Shown here: positions 18,749 to 29,326 of the stretch, piece by piece
Layout: each line of letters opens with the position of its first letter
How positions within the stretch are numbered: position 1 is the first letter of the stretch
Source of the DNA: Fibrobacteria bacterium
GTDB lineage: Bacteria > Fibrobacterota > Fibrobacteria > UBA11236
DNA: 64,000 nt
NCBI GenBank assembly: GCA_041746255.1
Contig: JBGTHM010000067.1
Location: forward strand, 11,254-75,253
Direction of reading: 5' to 3'
Position numbers and translations under genes: made by a program
The notes under the pieces: model-generated
The model's database searches: none
Seen by the model: only the letters and a program-made list of their open reading frames with translations
What the model was told of the DNA's origin: nothing

Positions 18749-19852
18749 TTAGCGCTCCCAATCGGGAACCGGTTTTTCATAGAAGACCAGGTATTTTCGT
18801 CCAAAAAAATTGAGCAGCAATCCCATGGCCGAGGCCGCCATTTTAGCGGAGGGTTCACTCCAACCCGAAGTAATGAGGTAATCGGTGGAACCGAGGTCGA
18901 AGAGGGCCACGGCGCATATCAAACCCAGGTATACGGATATCTCAAGCGGCTTTTTCCACAACGCGCCGCTACGAAAAAGCAGCCGCGTCGAAAGCCAATA
19001 ATTCACCGCCGCGGCCGCAAAAAAGGCCGTCAAGGTGGCAGGCCATAAGGCAACTTCCACCCCCCGCAATCCAACGAAGAAAACCAGATTGGCCAGCGCA
19101 GCGATTCCGCCGATTAGCACATACAGGGCGAATTGCACCGGCAGGGGAGCCTTAGGCATATTGTATTTGAAAATGCAATAAAGCGCACGAAACCCGTCTT
19201 GCATACCGATTTTTTTGCCTTGCGCAAAGGTGCGCCCGTCGTAACGGATTCCCATTTCATAAATCCGCAGCCGCATCGCCGCCACTTTCGCCGTTATCTC
19301 CGGCTCGAAGCCGAAGCGGTTCTCTTCGATGGGGATATTGCGAATGATGTCTCCGCGAAAGACCTTGTAACAGGTTTCCATGTCGGTCAAATTCAAGTCG
19401 GTCAACATATTGCTCAGCAGGGTGAGCAGGCGATTTCCCAGGGAGTGCCAGAAATACAGAACGCGATGCGCTTCCATCGCCATGAATCGCGAACCGAATA
19501 CCACATCGGCTTTTCCGTCGCGCAGGGGCTGCAATAAGCGGAGCAAATCCGCGGGATCATATTCCAAATCGGCATCCTGCACGGCCACGAAATCACCCGT
19601 GGTGTGGGAGATCCCCGTACGTAGGGCAGCGCCCTTACCTTGATTGGAGGGGTGCTGGAAAAGACGCACCTCAGGATACCGCTGCACCAATTCTTCCGAG
19701 ACCTTTACGCTGGAGTCTTGGGAACCGTCGTCTACGATTACCACCTCGAGTTCCAGCTCATTACTCTGAAGCGCAAGGACCCTATCGACGCAAACCCGGA
19801 GGGTATTTTCTTCGTTATAACAAGGGATAACCAGACTAAGCTTCAAATTCAT
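18749..19852 (-). CDS. GT2 polyprenol-phosphate glycosyltransferase fused to a GtrA-like flippase domain
   Basis: SLVIPCYNEE, VDDGS, NQGKG, QDADLEYDP, TDMETCYK, RFGFEPEIT; C-terminal 4-TM GtrA pattern (FALYVLIGGIAALANL...NYWLS...NFFGRKYLVF). Confidence 0.9.
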   Translation of the reverse strand: MNLKLSLVIPCYNEENTLRVCVDRVLALQSNELELEVVIVDDGSQDSSVKVSEELVQRYPEVRLFQHPSNQGKGAALRTGISHTTGDFVAVQDADLEYDPADLLRLLQPLRDGKADVVFGSRFMAMEAHRVLYFWHSLGNRLLTLLSNMLTDLNLTDMETCYKVFRGDIIRNIPIEENRFGFEPEITAKVAAMRLRIYEMGIRYDGRTFAQGKKIGMQDGFRALYCIFKYNMPKAPLPVQFALYVLIGGIAALANLVFFVGLRGVEVALWPATLTAFFAAAAVNYWLSTRLLFRSGALWKKPLEISVYLGLICAVALFDLGSTDYLITSGWSEPSAKMAASAMGLLLNFFGRKYLVFYEKPVPDWER

Positions 19853-20057
19853 GACTCCAAGGGAAAGGCCACCCCCGTCCCATACAGAGTATAGACTCCA
19901 TATCGGACCCGGTTCCAGACCCAGGTTACCATAATTGCCAGTCCGGTCGCCAAACCAATCCCGGAATTGGTGAAGGTCGCAATCCGGATTTAATTTTAAA
20001 GGGGGGGAATTGCGCGGCGACATTTGGAGAGTTAGTTTTTACTTCCTCAGCAAAACT

Positions 20058-21515
20058 ATGATTTCAACAACCACTTCCGCCCGCATCGCATCAACTAAGT
20101 CATCCCATCAGACATATGGTATTATCCTCATCCTATTTCTGGTCCTGGCCGTCGTCACCCGTTTTTTCGGACTCTGGCAATGGGCATATGAACTAGATGA
20201 AATTTTCACATTACAAGACTCCCTTAGCGGTGGGTATTCGGGAAGCACCCACCCGGCCATGTATTTCTTGGTCGACATCAGCCTTGCCATTTTCGGTGCT
20301 ACGGAATTTGCGGCGCGACTTCCGGCAGCGCTGTTTGGAGTGGCTGGCATTATCGGCTTTTTCCTGCTGAGCCGATCCTTACTGGGCCATTGGGCGGCAG
20401 TAACCGGTACGCTATTTCTGGTATTAAACGCCTGGCATTTGGAACAATCCCAATTCGCCCGTTTTTATTCGGCGTTGTTTTTTTTCGCCACTTGCGCCTA
20501 TTTTTTGCATTTCAGGGCCTTGAAGCAGGGTAGCCTGAAACTTCTTTTCGTTACGCTGGCCGTTTGCGCAGTGGGGCTCTCATTTCACACCACTTTTCTG
20601 ATTGTTCCCTTTACCTTGTTCGTCTTTTCAGTCTTGGCATTTTTTATACCGGAATTTCGGCCTTCGGAACGATCCCAAGCAGTCGCCAAAGTGCACATGT
20701 TCATCGGCTTGGGCGGCGCTATTCTTATCGGATTGCCGCTGGCATATATCGTGTTAAGCAATTGGGTTTCCCATTCACAAGGCGAAATCGGAGGGTGGGG
20801 CGAAGGACCATTCCACCAAGTACTGGCGCTTAGTAAAAATGTCGGTTTTTCGCTTTTCATCGCAGCCATTGCCGGCATGGTCCTCTTGTTCCGAAGCTAT
20901 AAAGTCTTGGGTTATTACTTCGCCATTAACTTCGGAATTGCCCTGGTATTTCTGACCGTGGGCTCGCTCTTCATGGATATGCGGCCCGGTTATATTTTTT
21001 TCAGCCTGCCTTTAATCATGGCTGCGGCCGGGTTTCTGGGAAGTGAATTTATCCGGGGCCTATCCTCCCCCCGATTGGTGGGATTTCTCCCCAGCCTAAT
21101 AATCGCCGCTTCGCTGCTACCCGAATTCACCTCATTTTATACTTCGAAAATGACCTTGGACATACGCGACTCTGTCCGCTTTTTACAGGAAAATTACCAG
21201 CCCGGCGACCGTATTTTGGCTTTCAATCCAGAAGTGCATCATTACCTGAAACAAAACGAGAGAGACTACGCTACCGTACCCTGGATGGGCGGAGACTTCA
21301 CCGAAAATTGGGACGAAAAGCTGGCGCCCTATGCCGACGGAAATGAGCGCCTGTGGATCGTTATCCTCCAACATCGCAGCCGGCCTTCCGAAAGTTTGCA
21401 AACATGGCTTTTTAACAATTCCGCTCTGGTTTTCGAGAAACAATCCCGACGTTTCGATTACGGTGTGGACCAAATCCGTATTTTCCGCCAACTCGCCCCA
21501 GCCTTTACCCCATAA
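20058..21515 (+). CDS. GT-C membrane glycosyltransferase (PMT_2/ArnT-like)
   Basis: ELDE in the first loop, HPAMY, EFAARLPAALFG, SQFARFYS; many TM segments plus a soluble C-terminal domain. Confidence 0.85.
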   Translation: MISTTTSARIASTKSSHQTYGIILILFLVLAVVTRFFGLWQWAYELDEIFTLQDSLSGGYSGSTHPAMYFLVDISLAIFGATEFAARLPAALFGVAGIIGFFLLSRSLLGHWAAVTGTLFLVLNAWHLEQSQFARFYSALFFFATCAYFLHFRALKQGSLKLLFVTLAVCAVGLSFHTTFLIVPFTLFVFSVLAFFIPEFRPSERSQAVAKVHMFIGLGGAILIGLPLAYIVLSNWVSHSQGEIGGWGEGPFHQVLALSKNVGFSLFIAAIAGMVLLFRSYKVLGYYFAINFGIALVFLTVGSLFMDMRPGYIFFSLPLIMAAAGFLGSEFIRGLSSPRLVGFLPSLIIAASLLPEFTSFYTSKMTLDIRDSVRFLQENYQPGDRILAFNPEVHHYLKQNERDYATVPWMGGDFTENWDEKLAPYADGNERLWIVILQHRSRPSESLQTWLFNNSALVFEKQSRRFDYGVDQIRIFRQLAPAFTP

Positions 21516-21668
21516 GGCCTGACGGCCATTAGGCTCCACCTTGGCCATAAAACAGGTCAAGGAACACATATATTCCCCAATATCCACAAACACATGGCAA
21601 TTTGCGCCGTCTTCCCCTAGAATCAAGGGGTGAAACCACCCCCAAACCGGAAGCAAGAGGGCTTTTCC

Positions 21669-24062
21669 ATGAAAAATCCGTTTGGATCCGGTTGGAGCAT
21701 CTGTGCCGTACTTTTAGCGGTAGGGTTCGCTTCGGCGGAACGACTCCAGCCTTCGGACCTGGAATATCTCGGCGCCTTTCGCGTTCCCAGTCAATCCGGG
21801 TGGGATTTCGGTGGAGAAGCTTTCACCTATTATCCGCACGGCGATTCCAAAGGACCTGACGATGGTTTTCCGGGATCGCTATACGCGTCGGGACGGGACG
21901 GTATCATTACCGAATTCACCATTCCCGCTCCAGTCAAATCGCCGGGTAAAAATCTCGACGCCTTGCCGCGCGCGCAAACCCTGCAAGGCTTTCAGAACCT
22001 GCGGCCCTTCGAGCTGCCCTACGGAGATCCACGGCTCGATCTCGAATACTTGCCCAAGCAAGGCTCGCAAACCACCGACAAGCTCTATTATTGCTGGGGT
22101 AGCCACTATTCTTTCGGATCCGAATCGGGTCCGTCCATGGCTTGGTCCGAACTCAACCTCTCCACCCCGAAAATAGCGGGGGGATGGTATTTACACAATG
22201 GCGGTGAAACCCAACTGACCACTTTTCATATTTCCGACTATTTGTTTAGTTCTCCCGAAGCTTGGGCACAGCAAAATACTCCCGGCAAGTTGCTCATCTC
22301 GGGGCGCTTTCGCGATGGTGGGGTAGCGGGAAAGGGGCCTACCATGTATGCCTTCGGCCCCTGGAACGATGGCAATCCACCTGCATCGGGCGCTAAATTG
22401 AAATACACGCCCCTGCTGCATTATACGGATTCCCACCCATTTGTGGGTTACTCGGATGATGACGCTTGGAAGGGCGGCGCTTTTCTGACTACCGGTGAAA
22501 AGTCGGCGATCGTACTGGTCGGCACCAAGTCCATCGGAAAAACCTGGTATGGCGAAAACCCTGTATGCGGTGGAAGCAAAGGTTTTTGGTCGGATAAAAC
22601 CCAGGGGCAGATCATTTTTTACGACACCGACGAAATCGGCCAAGTCGCCAAGGGACAGAAAAAGCCCCATGAACCTCAGCCCTATGCGACATTGAATATC
22701 GATCCCTTTCTTTGGAAAGAATATTGCACCAACGAGCATAATCACACGGATGCAATGGCATATGACCGTAAAAGCGGACATATTTTCATTTTCGAGCCGG
22801 TGGTCGAGCCCAACTTCAATCCCATCGTGCATGTTTTCCGTCTCCAAACCGATAATACGCCTCCCTCGAAGGTGATGGGGCTCAAGACCACCATTGAAGA
22901 AACCTCTGTGACTTTAAGCTGGAATGCGGCTACGGACGCCGAGTCCGGAATCTCGGGCTATGAAATTTTCCGGGGCGATTCGCCTTCCGCGATGCCATCG
23001 CTGGCACGGGTATTCAACACGCAAAGCTATGTGGATAAAACGGGATTGGAGGACGCCCGCCTCTATTATGCCGTCAAAGCGATAAACGGTGCGGGACTGA
23101 CCAGCGCCCAACCCAGCGAGACGGTGAGTGTGGTTACCGGCGGCGACGTGAATCCTCCCACGGTGGAGTCGGTGCAGTCGGCGGGAAACCAGAACACGCT
23201 CATGGTCTTTTTTTCCGAAAAAGTGGACCCTGCTTCGGCTACGATTCCCCTCAACTATGCCATCGACAATGGCGTTACCGTTCACAGTGCCAAGTTACAA
23301 GAAGATGGACGTACCGTGCTTTTATCCACCTCGGAGCATAAGGAAAATAGCCAATACCATCTCACGGTTAAAAATGTTGCCGATTTGTCGAAACGCCGAA
23401 ACGCCATCGCACAAAAACCCATCGCTTATAGGGTAACGAACAAACTGGATCTGCAAATCGTGCGACCCACGGGTTATCAGGCGGCCCTCGGCAAATTGAA
23501 TACCGGGGAGCCGGTTTACGGCGATCGGGATTTTAAATTGGCAAAAACCTTCGACGGTTATCAACCGGAAAACTTCCACTCGGTAAAAACTTTCAATGAC
23601 GATAAAGGAGTCTCGACGCCCGAATTTTTGGTGATGGAATCGAATCTCAACGTCGAGGTTTTGGTGGGGGTCGCCAACGCGCAGAAGAAACTTTCGGGCG
23701 AAAGCCCCCTGCAATGGATGAAAGGTTGGATAAACACCGGCCATGAAGCCGTGCGTGAGCCTATCAATTTCGGCAGCTTCGTCGAGGAAATCCGTTATAC
23801 CTTCTATTCGAAATCCTATCCCAAGGGTAAGGTCGTACTGGGAGGCAATTACGGCCAAGCCGATAATATGTATGTGGTTCTGGTACAACCCTATCAAGGT
23901 TTGGTGGGGATCGACAAGGAAAGCGCTCCCCAACGCAACTCCGGAAATCAAGGCGCCAAACCTACGATTTCCGGAAACAAATTTCGTCTGGAAGTAAAGT
24001 TCGACGGGGCCTTAAATCCGACCATGCGCGTTTACGACGTCAACGGCGCCTTGGTGAAATAG
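21669..24062 (+). CDS. Secreted modular protein: unknown N-terminal domain, FN3, Ig-like, unnamed module, short sorting tail
   Basis: Signal peptide ...GFASA-E; LSWNAATDAESGISGYEIFR...YYAVKAINGAG (FN3); VFFSEKVD (Big_5-like); C-terminus MRVYDVNGALVK. Confidence 0.75.
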   Translation: MKNPFGSGWSICAVLLAVGFASAERLQPSDLEYLGAFRVPSQSGWDFGGEAFTYYPHGDSKGPDDGFPGSLYASGRDGIITEFTIPAPVKSPGKNLDALPRAQTLQGFQNLRPFELPYGDPRLDLEYLPKQGSQTTDKLYYCWGSHYSFGSESGPSMAWSELNLSTPKIAGGWYLHNGGETQLTTFHISDYLFSSPEAWAQQNTPGKLLISGRFRDGGVAGKGPTMYAFGPWNDGNPPASGAKLKYTPLLHYTDSHPFVGYSDDDAWKGGAFLTTGEKSAIVLVGTKSIGKTWYGENPVCGGSKGFWSDKTQGQIIFYDTDEIGQVAKGQKKPHEPQPYATLNIDPFLWKEYCTNEHNHTDAMAYDRKSGHIFIFEPVVEPNFNPIVHVFRLQTDNTPPSKVMGLKTTIEETSVTLSWNAATDAESGISGYEIFRGDSPSAMPSLARVFNTQSYVDKTGLEDARLYYAVKAINGAGLTSAQPSETVSVVTGGDVNPPTVESVQSAGNQNTLMVFFSEKVDPASATIPLNYAIDNGVTVHSAKLQEDGRTVLLSTSEHKENSQYHLTVKNVADLSKRRNAIAQKPIAYRVTNKLDLQIVRPTGYQAALGKLNTGEPVYGDRDFKLAKTFDGYQPENFHSVKTFNDDKGVSTPEFLVMESNLNVEVLVGVANAQKKLSGESPLQWMKGWINTGHEAVREPINFGSFVEEIRYTFYSKSYPKGKVVLGGNYGQADNMYVVLVQPYQGLVGIDKESAPQRNSGNQGAKPTISGNKFRLEVKFDGALNPTMRVYDVNGALVK

Positions 24063-24112
24063 TCCCGTCCGAATCCCCGCGTCTTGCTACGGCTACCCAA
24101 TCATCGCCGTGC

Positions 24113-24140
24113 TTGCCCTGTAGTCTCAAAGCGGTATAAT
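24113..24140 (+). promoter_or_regulatory. Sigma70-like promoter upstream of wzx
   Basis: TTGCCC-N16-TATAAT, ~76 nt before the wzx start. Confidence 0.55.
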
Positions 24141-24216
24141 CTACCTTAATCGCCCGGGGCCCCGCTGAATTCCTTCATCGGAGGCCTAGCGAACCAACCC
24201 ATGGAGCATCGGCCCT

Positions 24217-25737
24217 TTGCGTGGCAGCCATAAAGTCCTTTTGCTGAGTCTTCTCGGTCTTTTTTCCCAGGCAACTTCCATTCTGCTGGGTATTGTTCTT
24301 GTGCGCCTATATCTGCCGGCGGAATACGGAACCTTTCGTCAGGCATTTTTTCTCGTTGAAACCGTGGCCTATATTTGCACCATAGCCCTGCCGGCCAGTC
24401 TCCTGTATTTTTTGCCGGGCATGAGCCCCGAGCGCCAAAAGGGTATGGTGCTGCAAACCATGCTGTCGCTGGCGGCCTTGGGTTTGGTGGGTTCAGTGGT
24501 ATTGCGGCTGTTTTCGGCGCAATTTTCCGAATTGTTCAACAACCCCGAATTGGCGGAAATCCTGCCTTACTTCAGCTTCTATCCCTTTCTCCATGCCACC
24601 GTGCAACATGTAGGGGCGATGTACATGGGGCTCGATAGGTATAAAACCGCCTCGTTAGTCCAGGCCCTTGTCAACCTCACCAAATTCCTGGTCATCATCG
24701 CCGGATCCCTCTATGGACTGAGCGTACCCGATCTCATGCGACTGGTATTGATTTACATGGCCGCACAATTGGGGGTGGTCATCGTGATTTCCCTGCGTCC
24801 CTATCAACGCATCAAGGCTTTTTACAGCTACGAATTGCTGATTAGCCAGCTTCAATATGCCATCCCCCTGGGAATTTCCGGCATCGTCTGGTTTTTGGGC
24901 AAAGAAATCGACAAATATTTCGTGGCGGCTTTCGTACCTCCCGCCCTCTATGCAATTTACGCCGTGGGCGCGCTCGAAATTCCCGTATTCCATGAAATCA
25001 GTATCGCCATCAGTTCGGTATTGGTTCCTAAAATCGCCGAAAGCCATAAACGCCGCGACCCTTTCGCCATTGCCCGCTTGTGGAGCGAGGTCATCCGCAA
25101 GTCCGCGCTGATTTTCGTGCCTTCTTTCGGCTTGCTTTTTTTACTGGCCGAGCCCCTTATCGCGATTTTATACACTTCGAAATACCTTCCGGCCGTGCTG
25201 GTTTTCCAAGCCTACTTGGGGCTCATATTGCTGCGCATATTCAACCCCAATATGATTTTGCAGGGAATCGGAAAAACCCAGACCGTGCTGGTCAGCTCCG
25301 TCCTTTTCATCTCGGTGAATGCGGGGCTCAATTATCTGGCCTTGAAAGTGCTGGATATGGGCATCATCGGTCCCGCTCTGGCGACGTTGGCCGCGTTCGC
25401 TTTTATGAACCTTTGGTCCACCCTGGCCGCCGCCCGACATTTGGGAGTGCGCCCTTCCGAATTCCTGCCTTTCGGTTATCTCTTCCGTATCTCAGCAGTT
25501 ACTCTCGCCGCTTATGGCTTGCCCGCCTTCGCCTTCTTCCGCCTCGAGAGCTACTGGCTGCAAGGTATTTTTACCGGCCTTTCCTTCGCGGCGATTTTCG
25601 CCTTGGGTGCCAAAGGCGGCAAGCTTTACACGCAAGACGATTTGCAACTTATATTGGGAAGGTTTCGTAAACCGACATCCGCTCCCAAATCGGAGGAAAC
25701 TGATGCCGACGGTATCCGTAATCATCCCGGCTTATAA
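24217..25737 (+). CDS. wzx: Wzx-type oligosaccharide flippase
   Basis: About 14 hydrophobic segments; EYGTFRQ, YAIPLG, IDKYFV, AIYAVGA, PLIAILYTSKY. Confidence 0.85.
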   Translation: MRGSHKVLLLSLLGLFSQATSILLGIVLVRLYLPAEYGTFRQAFFLVETVAYICTIALPASLLYFLPGMSPERQKGMVLQTMLSLAALGLVGSVVLRLFSAQFSELFNNPELAEILPYFSFYPFLHATVQHVGAMYMGLDRYKTASLVQALVNLTKFLVIIAGSLYGLSVPDLMRLVLIYMAAQLGVVIVISLRPYQRIKAFYSYELLISQLQYAIPLGISGIVWFLGKEIDKYFVAAFVPPALYAIYAVGALEIPVFHEISIAISSVLVPKIAESHKRRDPFAIARLWSEVIRKSALIFVPSFGLLFLLAEPLIAILYTSKYLPAVLVFQAYLGLILLRIFNPNMILQGIGKTQTVLVSSVLFISVNAGLNYLALKVLDMGIIGPALATLAAFAFMNLWSTLAAARHLGVRPSEFLPFGYLFRISAVTLAAYGLPAFAFFRLESYWLQGIFTGLSFAAIFALGAKGGKLYTQDDLQLILGRFRKPTSAPKSEETDADGIRNHPGL

Positions 25738-26671
25738 TGCGGAGCGCTTTTTGGCCGCCACGGTCGCAAGCGTACTGGCCCAAACATTCGACGATTTCGA
25801 GTTAATTATCGTCAACGATGGCTCCAGCGACGGCACCGGCGCTTTGGCCGATGCGCTGGCCGCCGCCCACCCGGAAAAAATCCGCTGCCTGCACCAGGAA
25901 AACCGGGGCGTGGGCGTAGCCCGTAACGTCGGCGCCCAAGCCGCTTCGGGAATGTTCCTGGGCTTCCTCGACGCCGACGATTTATGGTTACCGGACAAGT
26001 TGGCGGTGCAAACCGCTTATTTGCGGGATCATGCCGAATGCGGTTTGGTCTTCGCCGATGTACTCACCCTGGATGAAACCGGACGCGCCGGTACGAATCT
26101 GATGCGCCACAAAAACCCTCGATCGGGTGACATCTTTCCCTATCTTCTCCAAGAGAACTTCGTCTCCATTCCCTCGACTCTGCTGCGACGCGAGTGCTTC
26201 CAATCCGCGGGCGGGTTTTTGGAAGACCGTGATTTCATGGCGGTGGAGGATTATCATTTCTGGCTGAAAGTAACCCGCCATCATCGCGGTGCCTTTCTTA
26301 ATCTTCCGCTGGCTCGCTATCGCATTCACGCCACCAGCCTGAGTAGTTCCAAGGTAGCCATGTGGGAAAAGACTTTGCGCATGCTCGATTTGTTGGCGGC
26401 CGAAGATCCCGGCATCCTAAGCGAACACCGTTCCGCCTTTCGTAAGGGCAAAGCCAACAACTGGTATGAGATGGGCTTCCATTTTTATCGCGAGGGCGAC
26501 ATTGCCCAGGCCGGGCGGGCTTATTTACGGGGGTTGGAGCTGGATAAAAGTCAGACTCGCATCTGGAAGGGGTTGTTGATCTGCGCTTTGGTTCCCGACG
26601 CTTGGTTACAGAGTCGGAACAACGCTATTCCCAAGGATGAAATCGGGATTTTCCCCACTCGCCAAAACTAG
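25703..26671 (+). CDS. GT2 glycosyltransferase
   Basis: VSVIIPAYN, VNDGS, ARNVG, FLDADDLW, EDYHFW; GGAGG SD before ATG 25703. Confidence 0.92.
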   Translation: MPTVSVIIPAYNAERFLAATVASVLAQTFDDFELIIVNDGSSDGTGALADALAAAHPEKIRCLHQENRGVGVARNVGAQAASGMFLGFLDADDLWLPDKLAVQTAYLRDHAECGLVFADVLTLDETGRAGTNLMRHKNPRSGDIFPYLLQENFVSIPSTLLRRECFQSAGGFLEDRDFMAVEDYHFWLKVTRHHRGAFLNLPLARYRIHATSLSSSKVAMWEKTLRMLDLLAAEDPGILSEHRSAFRKGKANNWYEMGFHFYREGDIAQAGRAYLRGLELDKSQTRIWKGLLICALVPDAWLQSRNNAIPKDEIGIFPTRQN

Positions 26672-27861
26672 CGGGACGATTCCAATACTTCCCGGTATAT
26701 AGCCGCATGCTTCCGGGCAGCCTCGTCCCAGGAAAAACCGGCGGCTCTTTCCCAGCCCAATTTCCGTTTCCGGCTCCAAAGCTCATTGTCGGTTAATAAA
26801 CTTTCGATATTTTCCGCAGCGGTGGCGATGTCGCCAGGGTGGCAGCCCATACCCGCATCAGCGGCCAATTCACCCAACGAAGATGCCGTGGAATGCACCA
26901 CGGGCGTTCCCGCGGCCATGGCTTGCAGCATCGGAAATCCGAAGCCTTCGTAATGGGAAAGGAAAAGGAAAACCGCCGCGTCGCGAAACCATTTCACCAG
27001 AGTGTCACGATCGACCCACTTTTCCACCTGCACTTCGTCTTCCAAGCCATGACGGCGAAGCGCTTCCAGTAGCGGCGACTCCTTTACCCCCGAAAAACCG
27101 GCCACCCGCAAAGGAAAACGGCGGCGCAATTCTTCAGGCACCCTGGCCCAAGCCGCAAGCGCGCCCTCGGCGTTTTTCTGAAAGCCGTCGCCCCCTAACA
27201 TTAAGCTGAAAGTACGTGCTTCGCGCGGCAAGGAGGCCTCGAGATCGAAAGTGTAAAAATCCGGATCGAGGCCGTGGTAGACAACGACGATTTTCTTTTC
27301 CGGAACAGGCATATAGCGGGCGATGTCCTGCGCCGAATAATTCGATACAGTGATTATACGTTGGGCGCGGGGAAGCCCGAAGCGATACTGTCCTTTTAAA
27401 TAAGCCCTTTGCCGGTGGAAATAAAATCGCAACTTTGGTCCTGCATGCGCGGGGATGGGAACCAGCTCTTCCAGAAAAAGCTTTTCCATCATGTCATGAA
27501 CGGTAGCCACCACGGGCCTGCCCGGAAAAAAAGGAATGCGATTGCCTGGAAAATGCAACAGGTGGATGCCATGGGCCGAGGCCATGCGCGGCAGAAGGAC
27601 TTGTTCCCAGTAAATTTCGGCAGGGTGGTTTTTATTGATCCATTCCACGTTGGGCTTTCCCCCCAGACTTTTCAGCCTGGGAAGATAGCGGGCTTCCGGC
27701 TCATTATGCTCGAAACCGCGATTGATGAAAAAATAAAACCGGCAATCAGGCATCAAATCCGGCAGGCGTTCGCATAAGCGTAGCACATAAAGAGGCATGC
27801 CCCGCAAGGGTCGTAGCAAAAAGCGGGCGTCGATTCCGATTTTGGTGGTTTCAGCTTTCAA
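26668..27861 (-). CDS. GT4 glycosyltransferase
   Basis: KIGIDAR, TVHD, ITVSNYS, YEGFGFPMLQAMAAGTPV; TTG start at 27861 after GGAG. Confidence 0.9.
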   Translation of the reverse strand: MKAETTKIGIDARFLLRPLRGMPLYVLRLCERLPDLMPDCRFYFFINRGFEHNEPEARYLPRLKSLGGKPNVEWINKNHPAEIYWEQVLLPRMASAHGIHLLHFPGNRIPFFPGRPVVATVHDMMEKLFLEELVPIPAHAGPKLRFYFHRQRAYLKGQYRFGLPRAQRIITVSNYSAQDIARYMPVPEKKIVVVYHGLDPDFYTFDLEASLPREARTFSLMLGGDGFQKNAEGALAAWARVPEELRRRFPLRVAGFSGVKESPLLEALRRHGLEDEVQVEKWVDRDTLVKWFRDAAVFLFLSHYEGFGFPMLQAMAAGTPVVHSTASSLGELAADAGMGCHPGDIATAAENIESLLTDNELWSRKRKLGWERAAGFSWDEAARKHAAIYREVLESSR

Positions 27862-29248
27862 TCTTATCTCCAAACGGAAAGGCGGGTCCCATATATGCCG
27901 GAGCGGGGGCCTGCTTTGCTTCCACCTCAACCACTTCCTCTTCCATGCTTTCCGGTAAAACCGCAAGGTCACCCTGCGGGACTTTCTTACGGTGGGCTTT
28001 ACTTATTTCCCGACGGATCATCGGGGGCATTAAACTGACCAGCCAGACAAAAACCCAAGGCAATTCGAATAAAAGCATGTTCACGAACAGGGATGCGAAA
28101 TTATAACCGATAAGTCCCACCCGTCCCCAAAACGCAAAGGGAATCACCCAAAGCAAATCGGGTACCCACTCCCGATTATTCCGCACCAGAGTGGAAGCCC
28201 GGGTCAAGGCCAGGAAGGCCATCACCATGATGAGGCCATATAGGAAAAGGCCCGGAAATCCGGTCGAAGTCAGAATTTGGAAGGGCGTGCTATGCTCCAC
28301 CTGCGCACCGTCTTGAAAACGCGCCGGAAAATGAACTTGGCAATACTCCATGAAATTGTATAACCCAATGCCGGTAATGGGGTGCTCCAGCCCGATTTTC
28401 CATGCATACTCCCAATAGTCCAACCGATTGGCGGCGGAGGATTCCTCAGTCGGAGCCTTCAAGGTATCCATCCGATCGAAAAGGTCGTTGGGCAGAAAGT
28501 AGAGGCCCACCGCCACCAGTGCAACCATCGCGAAGGTATTGCGCACGGGCTTGGTGGAGGTGGTAGAACCTACCAGAAAAAGGAGCCCCAAGCTCAGGAA
28601 GGCGCCGCGCGACTTGGTATAAAGTATGCAGAGTACGATGAAAAGGAGATACAAGTTGTATCCGAATCGCATCCAAAGTTTGGGCATGACACCCTTGAAC
28701 CCGATTAACGCCCCTAAGGCGAGTATAACGGCGGCGGCAAACGTATTGTTATCGCCCGCGAAGCCGTTGATACGATCGACAATATGCCCTCCGCCCTGCA
28801 AGGATAAAGAGAATCCGGACTTGGAAGCGACCAGACCCAAGCTGAAAACCATGGTGAACAACACCCATTTCAGCTCGCGCATATCACGGATGCTCCACAG
28901 TAGCACCAGTGCCACCGGAGCCGCCGTCACCCAAAAGTGCCGGTAATAGAGAAGGGAAACTTCGGTATTGGTACCCATATGGCAGCAAAGGTAGAGCCAC
29001 GCTGAGAACGCCAGGTACAAGAGAATGATGGGTGTCGGTGCGTTCCGGGCGCGTCCATGGATGACGATGGAAACGATTAATACCCCGAGGGCAATGATGA
29101 AAACCGGCTGATAATTCCAAAAACCCCAGCCGAAATCGTAGGGCTTGAGAAACCAAATGAACATGAGGTTAAGCGTGGCGAAAAACGGCGAATACAAAGC
29201 GGCAATTAATCCGGCGGAGATGGCTAAAGTGATGGCTATGTCGCGCAT
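27851..29248 (-). CDS. O-antigen ligase/Wzy-family protein resembling exosortase-locus O-glycosylation ligases
   Basis: N-terminal MRD..., GDNNTFA, TKSRGAFL, SAANRLDYW, HPITGIG, EHSTPFQ, GFPGL. Confidence 0.85.
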   Translation of the reverse strand: MRDIAITLAISAGLIAALYSPFFATLNLMFIWFLKPYDFGWGFWNYQPVFIIALGVLIVSIVIHGRARNAPTPIILLYLAFSAWLYLCCHMGTNTEVSLLYYRHFWVTAAPVALVLLWSIRDMRELKWVLFTMVFSLGLVASKSGFSLSLQGGGHIVDRINGFAGDNNTFAAAVILALGALIGFKGVMPKLWMRFGYNLYLLFIVLCILYTKSRGAFLSLGLLFLVGSTTSTKPVRNTFAMVALVAVGLYFLPNDLFDRMDTLKAPTEESSAANRLDYWEYAWKIGLEHPITGIGLYNFMEYCQVHFPARFQDGAQVEHSTPFQILTSTGFPGLFLYGLIMVMAFLALTRASTLVRNNREWVPDLLWVIPFAFWGRVGLIGYNFASLFVNMLLFELPWVFVWLVSLMPPMIRREISKAHRKKVPQGDLAVLPESMEEEVVEVEAKQAPAPAYMGPAFPFGDKIES

Positions 29249-29326
29249 GATTTCCCAGATTGGAAAGACACTGAAATTGAAGTAAAATTAACTCGGTTTT
29301 CGCCCTCGGACCGGAAAACACCTCCC

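Noticed and set aside
19849..19932. 27-aa uORF ATGA-coupled to the GT2-GtrA start
   Set aside because: No SD, homology or compositional support
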